DNA of 63,018 nt, the filler included, from Octopus bimaculoides (Eukaryota), in the NCBI RefSeq assembly GCF_001194135.2. It is 4 parts of 3 records of this genome, joined end to end, with 100 filler letters (N's around TTAATTAATTAA, not from the genome) between each part and the next. Parts side by side here need not be neighbours in the genome. Positions count along the whole stretch, not along the records: positions 34,339 to 63,018 come from NC_068990.1; 3 more parts are not named here. One strand, given 5' to 3'. Of the stretch, positions 39,465 to 51,181 are shown piece after piece. The position numbers were made by a program, and so were the translations under genes. Numbering within the stretch: position 1 is the first letter of the stretch; each line of letters opens with the position of its first letter. The notes under the pieces are model-generated. The model was given only the letters and a program-made list of their open reading frames with translations. It was not told where the DNA came from and ran no database searches.

Positions 39465-39698
39465 GGGAAAATAATCCAGAATCCTTGTCCAGTACCAGAT
39501 CGATCCCCAAATCTAATCACTTTGTGCTAGTCACAAGGTCAAACAACCCTGAAAGTTTCATCCGAATCCATCCAGCAGTTCTTGAGATATCTTGTACACG
39601 GACAAACAAACACAACTAAAAACAATACATCCACCTTTGCTAAGGCGGAGGTAACAAATAAGCATTACATTCGACAAAGTAATCTGAATGCTAAAACA
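39090..39698. mobile_element. piggyBac-like MITE interrupted by a HINE-like element
   Basis: CCCTTTAGCATT...AATGCTAAAACA imperfect TIR with TTAA on the right; a related partial copy lies near 42715-42870. Confidence 0.45.
39266..39654 (+). mobile_element. HINE/DINE-1-like non-autonomous Helentron
   Basis: Starts AACAAGAGCACTCAG...CTTCTGCCAAGG and ends ...TAAGGCGGAGGTAA (subterminal inverted repeats); internal A-run. Confidence 0.5.
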
Positions 39699-39898
39699 TT
39701 AAGAAACACTTTTTTAATTATCTAAAATTGTGGTTCATATGGCCCCTAGAGGTCCAGATAAGATTTTGTTGTTAAAACTTATGTACAATAAATTTGGTTA
39801 TACTTCTACAATACGCAAAATATTTTAATTTTTCATACAACTCCTAATAACATTTAATTATAAAAACATGTGAATTTCTAAAAACATCAAATGACTAA

Positions 39899-40030
39899 TT
39901 AGCACTCTAAATGCTTTGCAACATTTGTTTCTGAAAGTAGGGGTTTTCTGATTGCAGCCCTCCCGTGAAAGCCGGCTTTGTGCAGCTCTCGGCAAACAGT
40001 TTTTGTGGAAACTGGGTTCTCTCGGTGGTC
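39899..40030 (-). mobile_element. Tc1 transposase fragment
   Basis: VSTKTVCRELHKAGFHGRAAIRKPLLSETNVAKHLEC matches the Tc1 HTH2/KP linker. Confidence 0.75.
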
Positions 40031-40612
40031 ATTATATATATATATATATACATACACACACGCACGCACATTTTTTTCTATACAAGGTGCAATAAATCTG
40101 TAGATTTGGTCTACAGAATATAGAAAGTTGCAAAAGTTTATGGACTGAGAACTTAAGATGGAAAAATGTAATTGGACATTTTGCAACAACAATGAAGCAT
40201 TGTTTTACAGCCAAATAGCCTTCCCATCACTAACTCTTGGTTGAGAAACATCGAGGAATGTTAAATTTTCATCTGCATATCAGCTATTCACAAGTGGATA
40301 TAACAAACCCATAGTAGTGGTGTACAACCCTGGTGGTTAATCAGAGAGACACAAAACCTCAAACTAGAAATACAAGTTTCACATCCCATTTGGTAATGAC
40401 CTTAACCAAAATATAATCAATTATACAGTTGGTCTCCACTCGATTTTCAAGTAACATATCTTTTATTTCACACATCCTCAAAGGTGAAAAGCAAAAAACA
40501 ATTTGTTGACAGAAGAAATGACAACATCACCAACTGTAGCTTGTGATTCTCGGAGAAATATAAATGTAAACTAATGTGCACATGCACACACATGGAAATA
40601 GATACATACATA

Positions 40613-41872
40613 CAAATGAAGGTTGACTGAAAATCTCATAGGTCGACCAAGATACTCCCACAGATTGTGACCAAATGAGGTTTTATTTTTCAACATAGTC
40701 CCCTTTGTAGTCCACACACTTCCATCAGTGCTGGAGTGCTTGTATCCCATTGGTGAAGAAATTTTCATCTTGCTGGTCAAAAAAGTCAACAACAGCAGAT
40801 ATGATTTCATCATCACTGAGACACTGGTTCCCAGTCATGTGTTCTTTCATGTCAAGGAATAGATGGAGCCAAATCAGGAGAACAGGGAGGGTGATTAACA
40901 AGTTCAAAGTCACAGTCATGCATAGCAGTCATTGAAACCAAGGCCTTACATGCTGGAACATTGTCCTGATGAAACAAGACCATTCGTCAGTTTTCTTGGG
41001 TTTTTGGTTTTGACAGCCTTTTGTAATTGTCTCAGCAAGTTGGCATAGTAGTCTTCATTGTTGGAGCGACCCTTTTGAAGATAGTCAATAAACACAAAGC
41101 CTTTTGCATCCCAAAAAACTGAGGCCATCACCTTCCCTACAAATGAAATGTCCTTGGCCTTCTTTGGAGCAGGTGAGGAGAGAGTGTTTCCACTGCATGG
41201 ATTGTCTCTGACTCAAAGTGAAGCTGACTCTCATCTTGGCTTAAGAAACACTCAAGGAAACCAGCTGGGTCCGCTTCCAACAATGTCAGATTTTGCCATG
41301 ATGTGATCAGCCTGGTGCACTTTTAATCAGATATCAGAAGGTATTACACCCACAGAGAAGAAACCATCATACCAAGTTCACTGAGCAGAATATTCTCAAC
41401 TCTCTCACAGGATATGCTAATAGCATTAGCTATTTGATTTATAGCCAATCGCCTGTCATCCATCATAATCAATGTTTTCCTCAGTGGTGGCAGTTGCAAG
41501 ACATCCAGATCTTGGGTCATCTTCAAGACTTTCCCTTCTCCTCCTAAATTCAGCTGCCCACTTTTGCAATGTTGATAAAGCTGGAGTGTCATCCCCTAAT
41601 GTAGCAACCATGTCAGCATGAATGTTGTTGTTGGGGGATAAACTCTTTTTCTGCTGGTACTTGATAACAGCACAATGCCAAATTTTGTCAATTTTCAAGA
41701 GAAGTCACTACTAGTTACTTTTGATGTCTTTTTTGAACAGTCTCACGTCAGTTTACTTGGAAAGAAATAATGCAGTTATTAATAAGAACAGCTGAAATTA
41801 ATGCATACAAGATTTCAAAGCCCTAGCATCACTCCTTCATAGACAGCCCATGAATTTTGCAGCCCACTCTTG
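40613..41872 (-). mobile_element. Near full-length decayed mariner (DD34D) element
   Basis: AVIKY...KWAAEFRRRRESLEDDPRSG, MASVFWDAKGFVFIDYLQKG and FF..GIQALQH; degenerate TIRs; TA at 41873-41874. Confidence 0.9.
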
Positions 41873-43224
41873 TATTATATTGTGAGAGTATATTGGAAAG
41901 TATGAAATCATAAATTTATAAATGAACTACATTATGGAAGAATTGTATTTCAACTTCTTTTAGATCAAGTGTATAGTTGTTCAAATTTTGGTCAACATAA
42001 TTGCCATACAAGATTTAAAACTTGTATTTTTGGTTGTAACATTTTATCTAACAGTGACTGGCCATCACTATAAGGGTTCTATTGTCACCCACTCATTGTA
42101 AATAGCTGACAGGCAGATGAAGTTTTAACATTCCTTTCATCATTCAAGGATAGTTTGTTTTTTTCTTATTTAGGTAGTTAAAAAATGTTTTTAAACATAA
42201 GTCATTAAATGAAACAGAGATCAGGTGTGGGCTATGCATTCTGGAGAAAGAGGTATAATGAAATAATGACCTCTCCACACAAGTGCTAATGTACTATAAG
42301 CAATTATCATAAGTCTGTACTGAGAGTCTGTGATAATTTGGCTTGATTACAATATTTTATTATTAATAACAATTATCATTTCTAGCACACTTAAGCTCAT
42401 TTAGCTCCATAGCCTATGACATTTGGGGGGGAAAAAAAAAAGGTTAGACTTCCTTCTCAAATCATGCCGACTCACAAGGGCTGATTTTCCAGTTTCCATG
42501 ACGCATATATTCCCCACCTGGACAGAACACCAGTCAATCGCAAAATTACTCATTTTTGCCAGCTGAGTGAACTGGAGCAACATGAAATGAATTGTTTTGC
42601 TCAAGAACATGTGTTACTCAATCCAGGAATCAAAACCACACTCTTAGGAGTATGGGTCCAACACCCTAACCACTAAACCACACGCTTCCATCTGTGACAC
42701 TTGGTCTCCCATCCTTAATCCTTTATCATTTAAACTGACCATATCTGGCCCAAATATTCTACCTGTTTTATGCTCAAACCAGCTACACCTGGCCTCTTAC
42801 ACTTACCCGACAATAGCCTTCTAAAAATAAATAACATCATCAAAATCTCACAGTTATGAGATAATGCAAGATTATCATCATCATCATGCATAGTCTTTAT
42901 CTTCACCAATAAAAGTACCCGGGTCGATTCATTCAACAAAAAATTCTTCAAGGCAGGAACCCAGCATGACCGCAGTCTAATAGACTGAAACAAGTAAAAT
43001 ATAAAATAAAAATTTACCAAAAATATATCTTCAGTGTACAGTTAGAAATACAACTCACTATTGTGTGAGAGAAAGCTCCACGCGGATTACCATAATCCAG
43101 TCAGCTTCTTGTATAGTACTTAGTTGACCACTGTACTTAAGTAGTGTTAGTGGTTACGATATACAGAGCAAATGTAGGTTTATCTTGATTTTCCACTTTA
43201 TGATAGTAAATAATATACATGGAT

Positions 43225-43516
43225 CAGGGGAGTCAGGGAACTTTTTTAACCAATTACCCCAAGACATATTTATTTACGTCAACATTACCCCCTTGATTTG
43301 AAAGGAAGAAAATCATAGATTCTTTGAATTAAAAAGGTTTATTGAATCTATTTACAAGTCCAATACAGATGCAAAGTTGCCAGAGGAAAATTTTCTGTCG
43401 TAACAAGGAACACGTTTTTATATAATTTGACTTATGTCTAATGAGTCCTCATTAGCCCCAAGAATTTCATTTTTACCCCCACTTCAGGTAATTTACCCCC
43501 AGTACGCTGACCCCTG
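43225..43516. mobile_element. hAT-like MITE (old)
   Basis: CAGGGGAGTCAG / CTGACCCCTG ends, internal TTACCCC repeats; TSD degraded. Confidence 0.35.
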
Positions 43517-45481
43517 ATCAAGATGGTGCTAAAATAAATCGTAAAATTAAGGCTATTTAACCTCCAAGTCAAGGATAAGAGAAACGTTACATAACACGTC
43601 TTATATAATGCAAATAAGTATCGTTAATTAAGTACACATATCCACGTTCAGTCAAATGAAAAGAAAATTTATTCTCTTACGAAATTGCAGTTAAATGGAA
43701 TTAAACATACCAAGGAACCAAGAAACCTTCAACAAATTTATTGTGCAGCTTTTAAAATTACGACAGTTCTAACTGTAGGTTAGCTACGTATACATCCGTT
43801 TGATTTTTAAAAACTGTTTCTCATAACATTAACATTTTTCCTTTTTTTCTATCGCAACTTTCTCTCATCCCCATTATTTTTTACTTATGCTTGAAAGAGA
43901 GAGAAAAAAATTACGGCGTTATTAAAATTACAGAGCCAGCTGCTAAACAGTTGACCCTATGAAGTACCTAACATGGTGCTCTCTAAACAGAACAAAACAA
44001 CCTTGTTCGGTTAAGGTTTTGCATCCAAAGCTTTAGACAACCAAGAATGAAAATTGCTAAGGTCAGGATGATAATACTTGATTTTTGTTAATGCCAAAAT
44101 GAATCATTGAGTTAAGCAGGTCATTCGGCCGTCCCAGTCAAGAATGTGTTACATAACAGTTTTTATATAACACAGACAACGGGATGACACTTACGTTCGG
44201 TGCGAAAAGAAAACAATTCCTTTACTTATGCAAAGAATTATCAGGAAGGATAGAATAATGTATTAAACTAAATGATTTGTTATAAAGATAAAACTGAAAC
44301 AAATCTAGTACAAGGTAACTAAGGGCTCATTCTTTTTATCACACTTTTCTCAGCTGATATATTTGATTAATAATTTTATTAATACTGTCTTTTTGTGAGT
44401 AATTCACAAATGTTACCGACATGCAGTAAATTCATAAATACTGTTAGTTTGCCTTGTGGCAGCTAGTAATTTTATCAATACACACAAAGAAGAAACGCCG
44501 TTTAACCTCAGAATCATAAAGGATTCCAGCTATGACTATCTCGTCCTTATTCGGACGAAGAATACATTATATAAAGTCACCTTTATCGACATTATCTGAA
44601 GTCACATCGGCAACCTTTCGTTTTGACTAAGGCACTTCGCAGTCACATCTATAAGGAGCCAATTAAAGATTTAGCTGCTATTTCTAGCAGGCCTAGAGGC
44701 ACGATGAGACTCCCTTTAATCTTGACACAAGGCAGTGTTGGTCTAACAGCCAATAGCAATGTTCGAACAGTGTGAGAACGATCGATTAATGTAAGAAATT
44801 TTATGAACGAGGAAAAAAAAAAAATCACTTGCACACTCGGAAAGTATCAATATTGATATTTACGAATTAGCAACGTGTTGATTATGGTACATTTTTGCTA
44901 TTACACCCGTTTCCTGAGACGGGTGTAATCTCGATGGACTTTCGAAATAGTCGCCACTACCTCATGGATAAGGAGGAAAGCAAGAAAATAGGGCGAAGGT
45001 AAAGAATATGACCACCCGGTGTTTAGGGTTAGGGGGCGCGGAGGTAAAAAAATACGTACACCACCCGTTTCGGCGTAACAAAAACCCGACGTATTCTTTA
45101 CTTTCGCCGGGTTAGGGTTACGAGAAAACGGGTGGTGTGCGTATTCTTTAGTTGTTTCTGGTAGTTTTATGCCAGAGATTGGCACGGAACGGAAGTGCAA
45201 AAATGGTGGGGGGGGGGGACATAAACATAAACCAATTATTTTACAGATGGAAACAGTCACTAAATTCCTTGTCCTTTTCTTTCTCCATGAAGTAGTTAGC
45301 TATTCCGAACATCCACGGATCAGAGGTTATATTCCTCACACGAGACGAGTGTAATAGTAAAACAATACCAAAATTAATGGTTAATATCTAGATCCAGGTT
45401 AAGGATACTCCAAAGGAAAGTGGCGATTTTTTGTTCATAACGAAAGATCGTCATATTAACTTCGATTATGTCACTACTTAC

Positions 45482-45538
45482 CTTGGGAAAGGCATAAATG
45501 CCACATATATCTTTCTCGGTTAATATTAACCTCTTTCT
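45482..45538 (-). CDS. Putative second exon of the minus-strand gene (RKRLILTEKDICGIYAFPK)
   Basis: Donor AAG|gtaagt; acceptor ttcgttggtagtag; 57 nt, phase 0/0, in frame with 46380-46436. Confidence 0.3.
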
Positions 45539-46096
45539 CTACTACCAACGAAATTAATTTGAATTACATTTCGATGGTCATACATAATACATAGAACAAA
45601 ACAATGAATGGTGCAACCCAGTGTTGACTTCCAATTACGGATAATACCCTTAAGAAATAAATGACTAAATATCACAACTTCCTCTTACAAAATAAGTGAC
45701 GCAAACAGATTAAGCTAAGTTCCTAACAAAACTGAGTTACTGATTTAGATTCCCCAGAATTATAGCCAACATTTCATTTACGTAACCAATGCCCTTCAGA
45801 AAGCATGATAGCAACTAGATGCCATTCTGTTGCGAAAATTTAACTTTATATTTAATAGGAAAATATAAAAATTAATCTCGCAAGGATGGGGGTAGAATAA
45901 CTGCATTGTTGGCTATGTAGTAAATATCTAAAAGGTATGTGCGTCCTGCAATGTTCTAGGGGTATATAACAGAAACGAAGGTCGACTTTTTAATCGTTGT
46001 CCGGTTACGTAAATAAATATATCAATAACGAGGTGTCCCAGGTGCACCGCAAGATGATGTATGCAAAATAAATAAATAAATAAAACAAAGGGATAC

Positions 46097-46118
46097 GGTC
46101 AAACTAAAGGGTTTGACC
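46097..46118. mobile_element. 22-bp hairpin micro-insertion with 8-bp TSD
   Basis: GGTCAAAC-TAAAGG-GTTTGACC flanked by AGGGATAC at 46089-46096 and 46119-46126. Confidence 0.6.
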
Positions 46119-46379
46119 AGGGATACTATACAATTATCGATCTATCTTTCTATTTATTTATCTATCTTACATATATTATACAGCTAATGTAAGTTGCTTG
46201 TTTGACAAAAGCTACAGGAGTAAGAACGAGCAGATCTCAGATGTTATTGGAATCACACCACGCAACCTTCCCCATAAAAATTTGTTTTGTAAGCAGTTGC
46301 AATGCTAGAACTAAAGAAAAAGAACACAGCAAAAGTACAGAAGTAAATGACAAATATTATAAATTTACATGCTCCTTAC

Positions 46380-46436
46380 CAAATGTTTAAATAAAAGGTT
46401 GCGGGTCCCAGCACTAAACTGCAGTAACAACGCCAT
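46380..46436 (-). CDS. Putative first coding exon or uORF of a minus-strand gene (MALLLQFSAGTRNLLFKHL)
   Basis: ATG at 46436, 19 codons, donor TTG|gtaagg; phase 0. Confidence 0.4.
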
Positions 46437-46439
46437 GTC

Positions 46440-46480
46440 AAGCAAACGAAATGAAACTTGACGCATGCGTAATTGTGTTG
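46440..46480. promoter_or_regulatory. Candidate bidirectional promoter
   Basis: NRF1-like palindrome ACGCATGCGT (46461-46470); minus-strand ACATGGCG (Kozak/YY1-like) start at 46436; exon-like units diverge on both sides. Confidence 0.45.
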
Positions 46481-46740
46481 TTTAGGAGTTCGTTTTATAG
46501 AATCTACTGATATACTTTTCTGGTTTATGGATGTACAGAAGTATCACAGAAATTTAATGTTGTTTCATTGAATGAAAAAGTTTCTGCGCCATATTTCTTC
46601 GTTTTTGTCATGTAAATGTGTTTTTATTATGTTTTCATGAGCATTTTTTCCTTCTTAATGTTATTTTCGTTTTCTTCTTCGTTTCATTTACATCTTCTCG
46701 TTTTTATTCCCTTTTTCTTTTGTCTGTATTCTCTTTGTAG

Positions 46741-47095
46741 TAAGGCAGATTTTTGGAGAATTTTGAACCCTTTCTCTCAAATTTTCTTAGCTCGGGCCCA
46801 TGACCAACCATATAACAGACAGTGTGTTGCCATAAAAGACATTAACGCCTGCGTGGATATGGCTTGTCCAGTCAGCACTGATGTGGCGAGTTTTCCTGCC
46901 AAAGAGAGCGAACAAAAGTTCTGGGAAATTTGGCTTACAGTTATAAAAAGTTGGTCAATTCAACATCAGACTAGAGCCACGCAGCATTATGCACGAAATC
47001 CTGTCACTTTGCTTAATGAGTTGGTCTCTTGCTCTCATTCACATTTCTTGACATGCTTATGTCATGTTCAGCGTTTACATCATGTTCAACAAAAG
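46741..47095 (+). CDS. Unassigned + strand exon (118 open codons, 6 Cys)
   Basis: Long polypyrimidine acceptor ending ctctttgtag; donor AAG|gtagca; open frame KADFWRILNPF...CLCHVQRLHHVQQK; non-repetitive; no family recognised. Confidence 0.5.
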
Positions 47096-47498
47096 GTAGC
47101 AACTTTGAATGGTAGTGTCGAATAAAGCACACATTGCTTAATATTTGATAGTTTAATTCTTTTTACAAACTTGATCTTCAGTATCTACGAACAATTTTCA
47201 TAATATTGTCTGTTCGTTGTTTCATTAATGTTCTTCAATTAATGTAAATATAAACGATGCAGGTTAAATAAAATATATGAAACTCAAAAGAAAGGATTTG
47301 GGTAATCATTGTTTTGTTTTTTTTTAAGCAGCCAACTCAGACTTGTGAACTACCAATGAAAAAATTAAAATTCACACTATATCTTTTCCTCATTTTTATT
47401 CCCTTATTCGTTATTTGATTTTGAAACAAATTGTCGTCATTTAACGTCTGTTTTCCATATTGGCATAGGTTGGATGGTTTGAAACGAGTCACACCAGG

Positions 47499-48102
47499 GG
47501 ATCTTGTTCAAAACGGGTGCACCAGTATTTTCTTAACGAAACACTTTGAAACTTGGGACACTGGTAGAATGTGTCATATAAAACATCTTTTTCTCTTAGT
47601 CTTCTTAACAAAAAAACGTACATCGCAAGTTATTTCATGTTAAAGTTGTCGTATTTCTGTAACTTCAACCAATCACTGACGTCTATTCAGCTGAATAGAG
47701 TTACTGCTTACCGGTCATAAAAATGTTATTCCCTGTGACATATTTCATCCGGTTTAATCGTAATTTATACGCATATGTTGTTTATATAATAAATTACGCT
47801 GTGCGTATCTATGTGTGTAACAATTTTAGAGTTCGGATTCTAGAGTTAGGTTTAGTTTTAGGGTTAGGGTTAGGGTTAGGGTTGAAATGTCAGAACTAAC
47901 GGGGATTAATACGATATACACCGTTACAGAGCGAACTGTTTTCAACTGAATAGACGTCAGTGATTAGTAGAAATTATCGAAATAAGACAATTTTTTACAT
48001 GAAATAAATTCGAATACAAAAATTTTTTTGAAAGTCTTTCGGTACCAAAAACACTACATAAAACATAAATGAAAACTGGTGCCCCCGTTTTGAACAAGAT
48101 CC
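47499..48102 (-). mobile_element. MITE copy B (Merlin-like), 604 bp, (TTAGGG)4 core
   Basis: TIR GGATCTTGTTCAAAACGGG(T/G)GCACCAGT; 8-bp TSD ACACCAGG (47491-47498 and 48103-48110); opposite orientation to A; splits an older repeat. Confidence 0.9.
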
Positions 48103-49164
48103 ACACCAGGTTCCATTGTCTATTTTGGCATGATTTCTACAGCTGGATGCCCTTCCTGACATCAATCATTTTACAGAGTGTACTGGGAGCTTTTTACATA
48201 GCACCAACACCATTACCTTTTTATGTGACACTAACACCAGTGCTTTTTACATAGCACTACCACCGGTGCTTCTTACATGGCATCAGCATCTATGGTTTAT
48301 ACATGGCATAATTTTTGAAATTGTATCAAGACTCACAGAAGGTGTATTAAATGTGTATTATTACTTAAAATCTCTTTTGAAATTATTAATGTTTTAGTAT
48401 TTACTTGTCACAATATATCACTTTAATCACTGTTTGTCATCAGGTGTTTTGTTCTTCTTGGATATGAATAAAATACAAGACTGGACAAATATTTCTGCTT
48501 CAAAGAGCATCATGAAGACAACAGTTGCCCAGCCTTGGCTGCAGCAGCCAAAGAACTTAAACATTTATAAAAAATANNNNNNNNNNNNNNNNNNNNNNNN
48601 NNNNNNNNNNNNNNNNNNNNNNNNNNNNNNNNNNNNNNNNNNNNNNNNNNNNNNNNNNNNNNNNNNNNNNNNNNNNNNNNNNNNNNNNNNNNNNNNNNNN
48701 NNNNNNNNNNNNNNNNNNNNNNNCATCATGAAGACAACAGTTGCCCAGCCTTGGCTGCAGCAGCCAAAGAACTTAAACATTTATAAAAAATAATAGAAAA
48801 CATGGTCTTGAGTAATTTGAATAATTAAAACAAAAATGAGCTTAGAGAAATAATCCAGAGTGACCAGTAGCATAAATTTCAAAAAGAAAAAAACATTTTT
48901 TTATCTTTCATCTTTTACTTGTTTCAGTCATTGGACTGCAGCCATACTGGGACACTGCCTTGACGAATTTTAGTCGAACAAATTAACCCCAGTACTATTT
49001 TTTGAAGCTTGTACTTATTCTATCGGCTTCTTTTGTCAAACCGCTAAGTTACCAAAATGTAAACACACCAATACTGGTTGTCTAGCAATGAGGAGTGGGG
49101 AAAATAAACGCAGACGAAAAGACACACACACACTTACATACACATACATACATATGTATATATA

Positions 49165-49195
<31 letters not shown>

Positions 49196-50621
49196 GCTAG
49201 GCTTCTTTCAGCTTCTGTCTACCAAATATTCTCACAAGGCTTTGGTTGGCCCAAGGCTATAGTGGAAAACACTTGCCCAAGATGCTACACAATGGGAACC
49301 CAAAACTATGTGGTTGGGAAGCAAACTTCTTACCACATAGCCATGCCTGTGCTTATAAAGATGTAATATTAATGGCTTGGTAACAGAAGGAAGGCCAGTA
49401 GCCTTAGCCTTTATGGAGCCTCCAATGTGAAGCTTTCTAGTGTAAGCACTTCTTAATGCTTAGTCTTAAATAACATCAACAGTGCATTTCCAACTGCCAT
49501 CTTAAATGCTCAAGTATAAAGAATGGAAAATAAAACCTACATCAACAAGGCTGGTTTCCTCTTCTGAGGCTTTCAATTCTCGCATTGTGTCATAGCTTCA
49601 ATGGAGCTCTATGTACAAAGCATACAAATGTAAATGCTAATAAATTGAAAGCCTTAAACACCAACAAGCACAATGGTTATAAGTGTAGAACATTTCACGG
49701 AATCTCAGAAGAATAGACAGTCTGCTCACAGTTTCTTTTCTTTTCTAGTGAAACTGCTTTGTTGATCATCATTTTTGTTTTTTATTATCACGTCTTCAAC
49801 TAAGACAGCAAGCTGGCAGAATCATTTGCATGCTGGGCAAAATGCTTAGTGGCATTTTGTCCATCTTTACGTTCTGAGTTCAAATTCTGCCGAGGTCAAC
49901 TTTGCTTTTTTAGAAGGAGTATGCCAATAAGTACTAGTCAAGTACTTGACTAGTACTTATTTAATTGACCCTGAAAGGATGAAAGGCAAAGTCAACCTTG
50001 GTAGAATTTGAACTCAGAACATAAAGACACACAGAATGCTGCTGAGCCTACACATTGTCCAATTCTAACAATTCTGTCAATCCACTGCCAATCCCAGAAG
50101 GATTAAAGGCAAAGCTAGCCTAAGCTAAATCTGAACTTAGAATGTGATAAACCAAATAAATACCACATGGCATTTTGTTCAATGCTCTTGCAATTTTATC
50201 AATTCAGCACCCTAATGTTATTAATCCCCACTTAAATGTGGATGTTCTATTGGAACAAACTATACTGTGTTAAATATCATGAGAGAAACTCTCATATTGG
50301 CTTTTGGTGCAAAATGCACACTTGCTTATATTGTTAGAGGGAAAGATAAATCCCCACCACCTCCAGATTTCAACCTTCCTTGGTTTTGTCAATGATGGAT
50401 GCTCAGCAACAAGAGATAGTAGCAACTCATTTCCCTGCCAGTAACATGTAGAATAACAGTGCAAAAAAGACGCTGGCGTGATAATTAACCACTGTGCTTG
50501 TAAAATAATATATATTAGCGAGAAAGGTAGTATTAATACCGAGCATTAATATTTATCCCCACTCAAACATGGACGTTCTGTAAGAACAAACTACACCATG
50601 GTAGTTACCATGAGAAAACTC

Positions 50622-51181
50622 GGATCTTTTTTAAAACGGGGGCCACATTTTTCATTAATGTTTTACGTAGTGTTTTTGGTACGGAAAGACTTTCAAACTT
50701 CGTATACTTATCTATTTTGTGTTATAGAACAGAAAAATATTTTTGTATTCGAATTTATTTCATGTAAAAAATTGTCTTATTTCGATAATTTCAACCAATC
50801 ACTGACGTCCATTCAGTCGATATACATTAAGTGCCGACTACATAAACAAACGATTCTTCGTTTTATTTGCTTTTTTCATTTTAAATTTGCTTTAACCCTA
50901 ACCCTAACGCTAGGGTTAGGGTTAGGGTTAGGGTTAGGATTAATTGTTTCAGAATCGTTTGTTTATGTAGTTGGCACTTAATGTATATCGGCTGAATGGA
51001 CGTCAGTGATTGGTTGAAATTACAGAAATACGACAACTTTAACATGGAATAATTTATGGATTTCTTTTTTTTTAAAGAAGACTAAGAGAAAAAGATGTTT
51101 TATATGACACATTCTACCAGTGTTCCAAGTTTCAAAGTGTTTCGTTAATGAAAAATGTGGCCCCCGTTTTAAAAAAGATCC
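50622..51181 (+). mobile_element. MITE copy C (Merlin-like), 560 bp, fold-back core with telomere repeats
   Basis: 37-bp perfect TIR GGATCTTTTTTAAAACGGGGGCCACATTTTTCATTAA; 8-bp TSD GAAAACTC (50614-50621 and 51182-51189). Confidence 0.9.
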
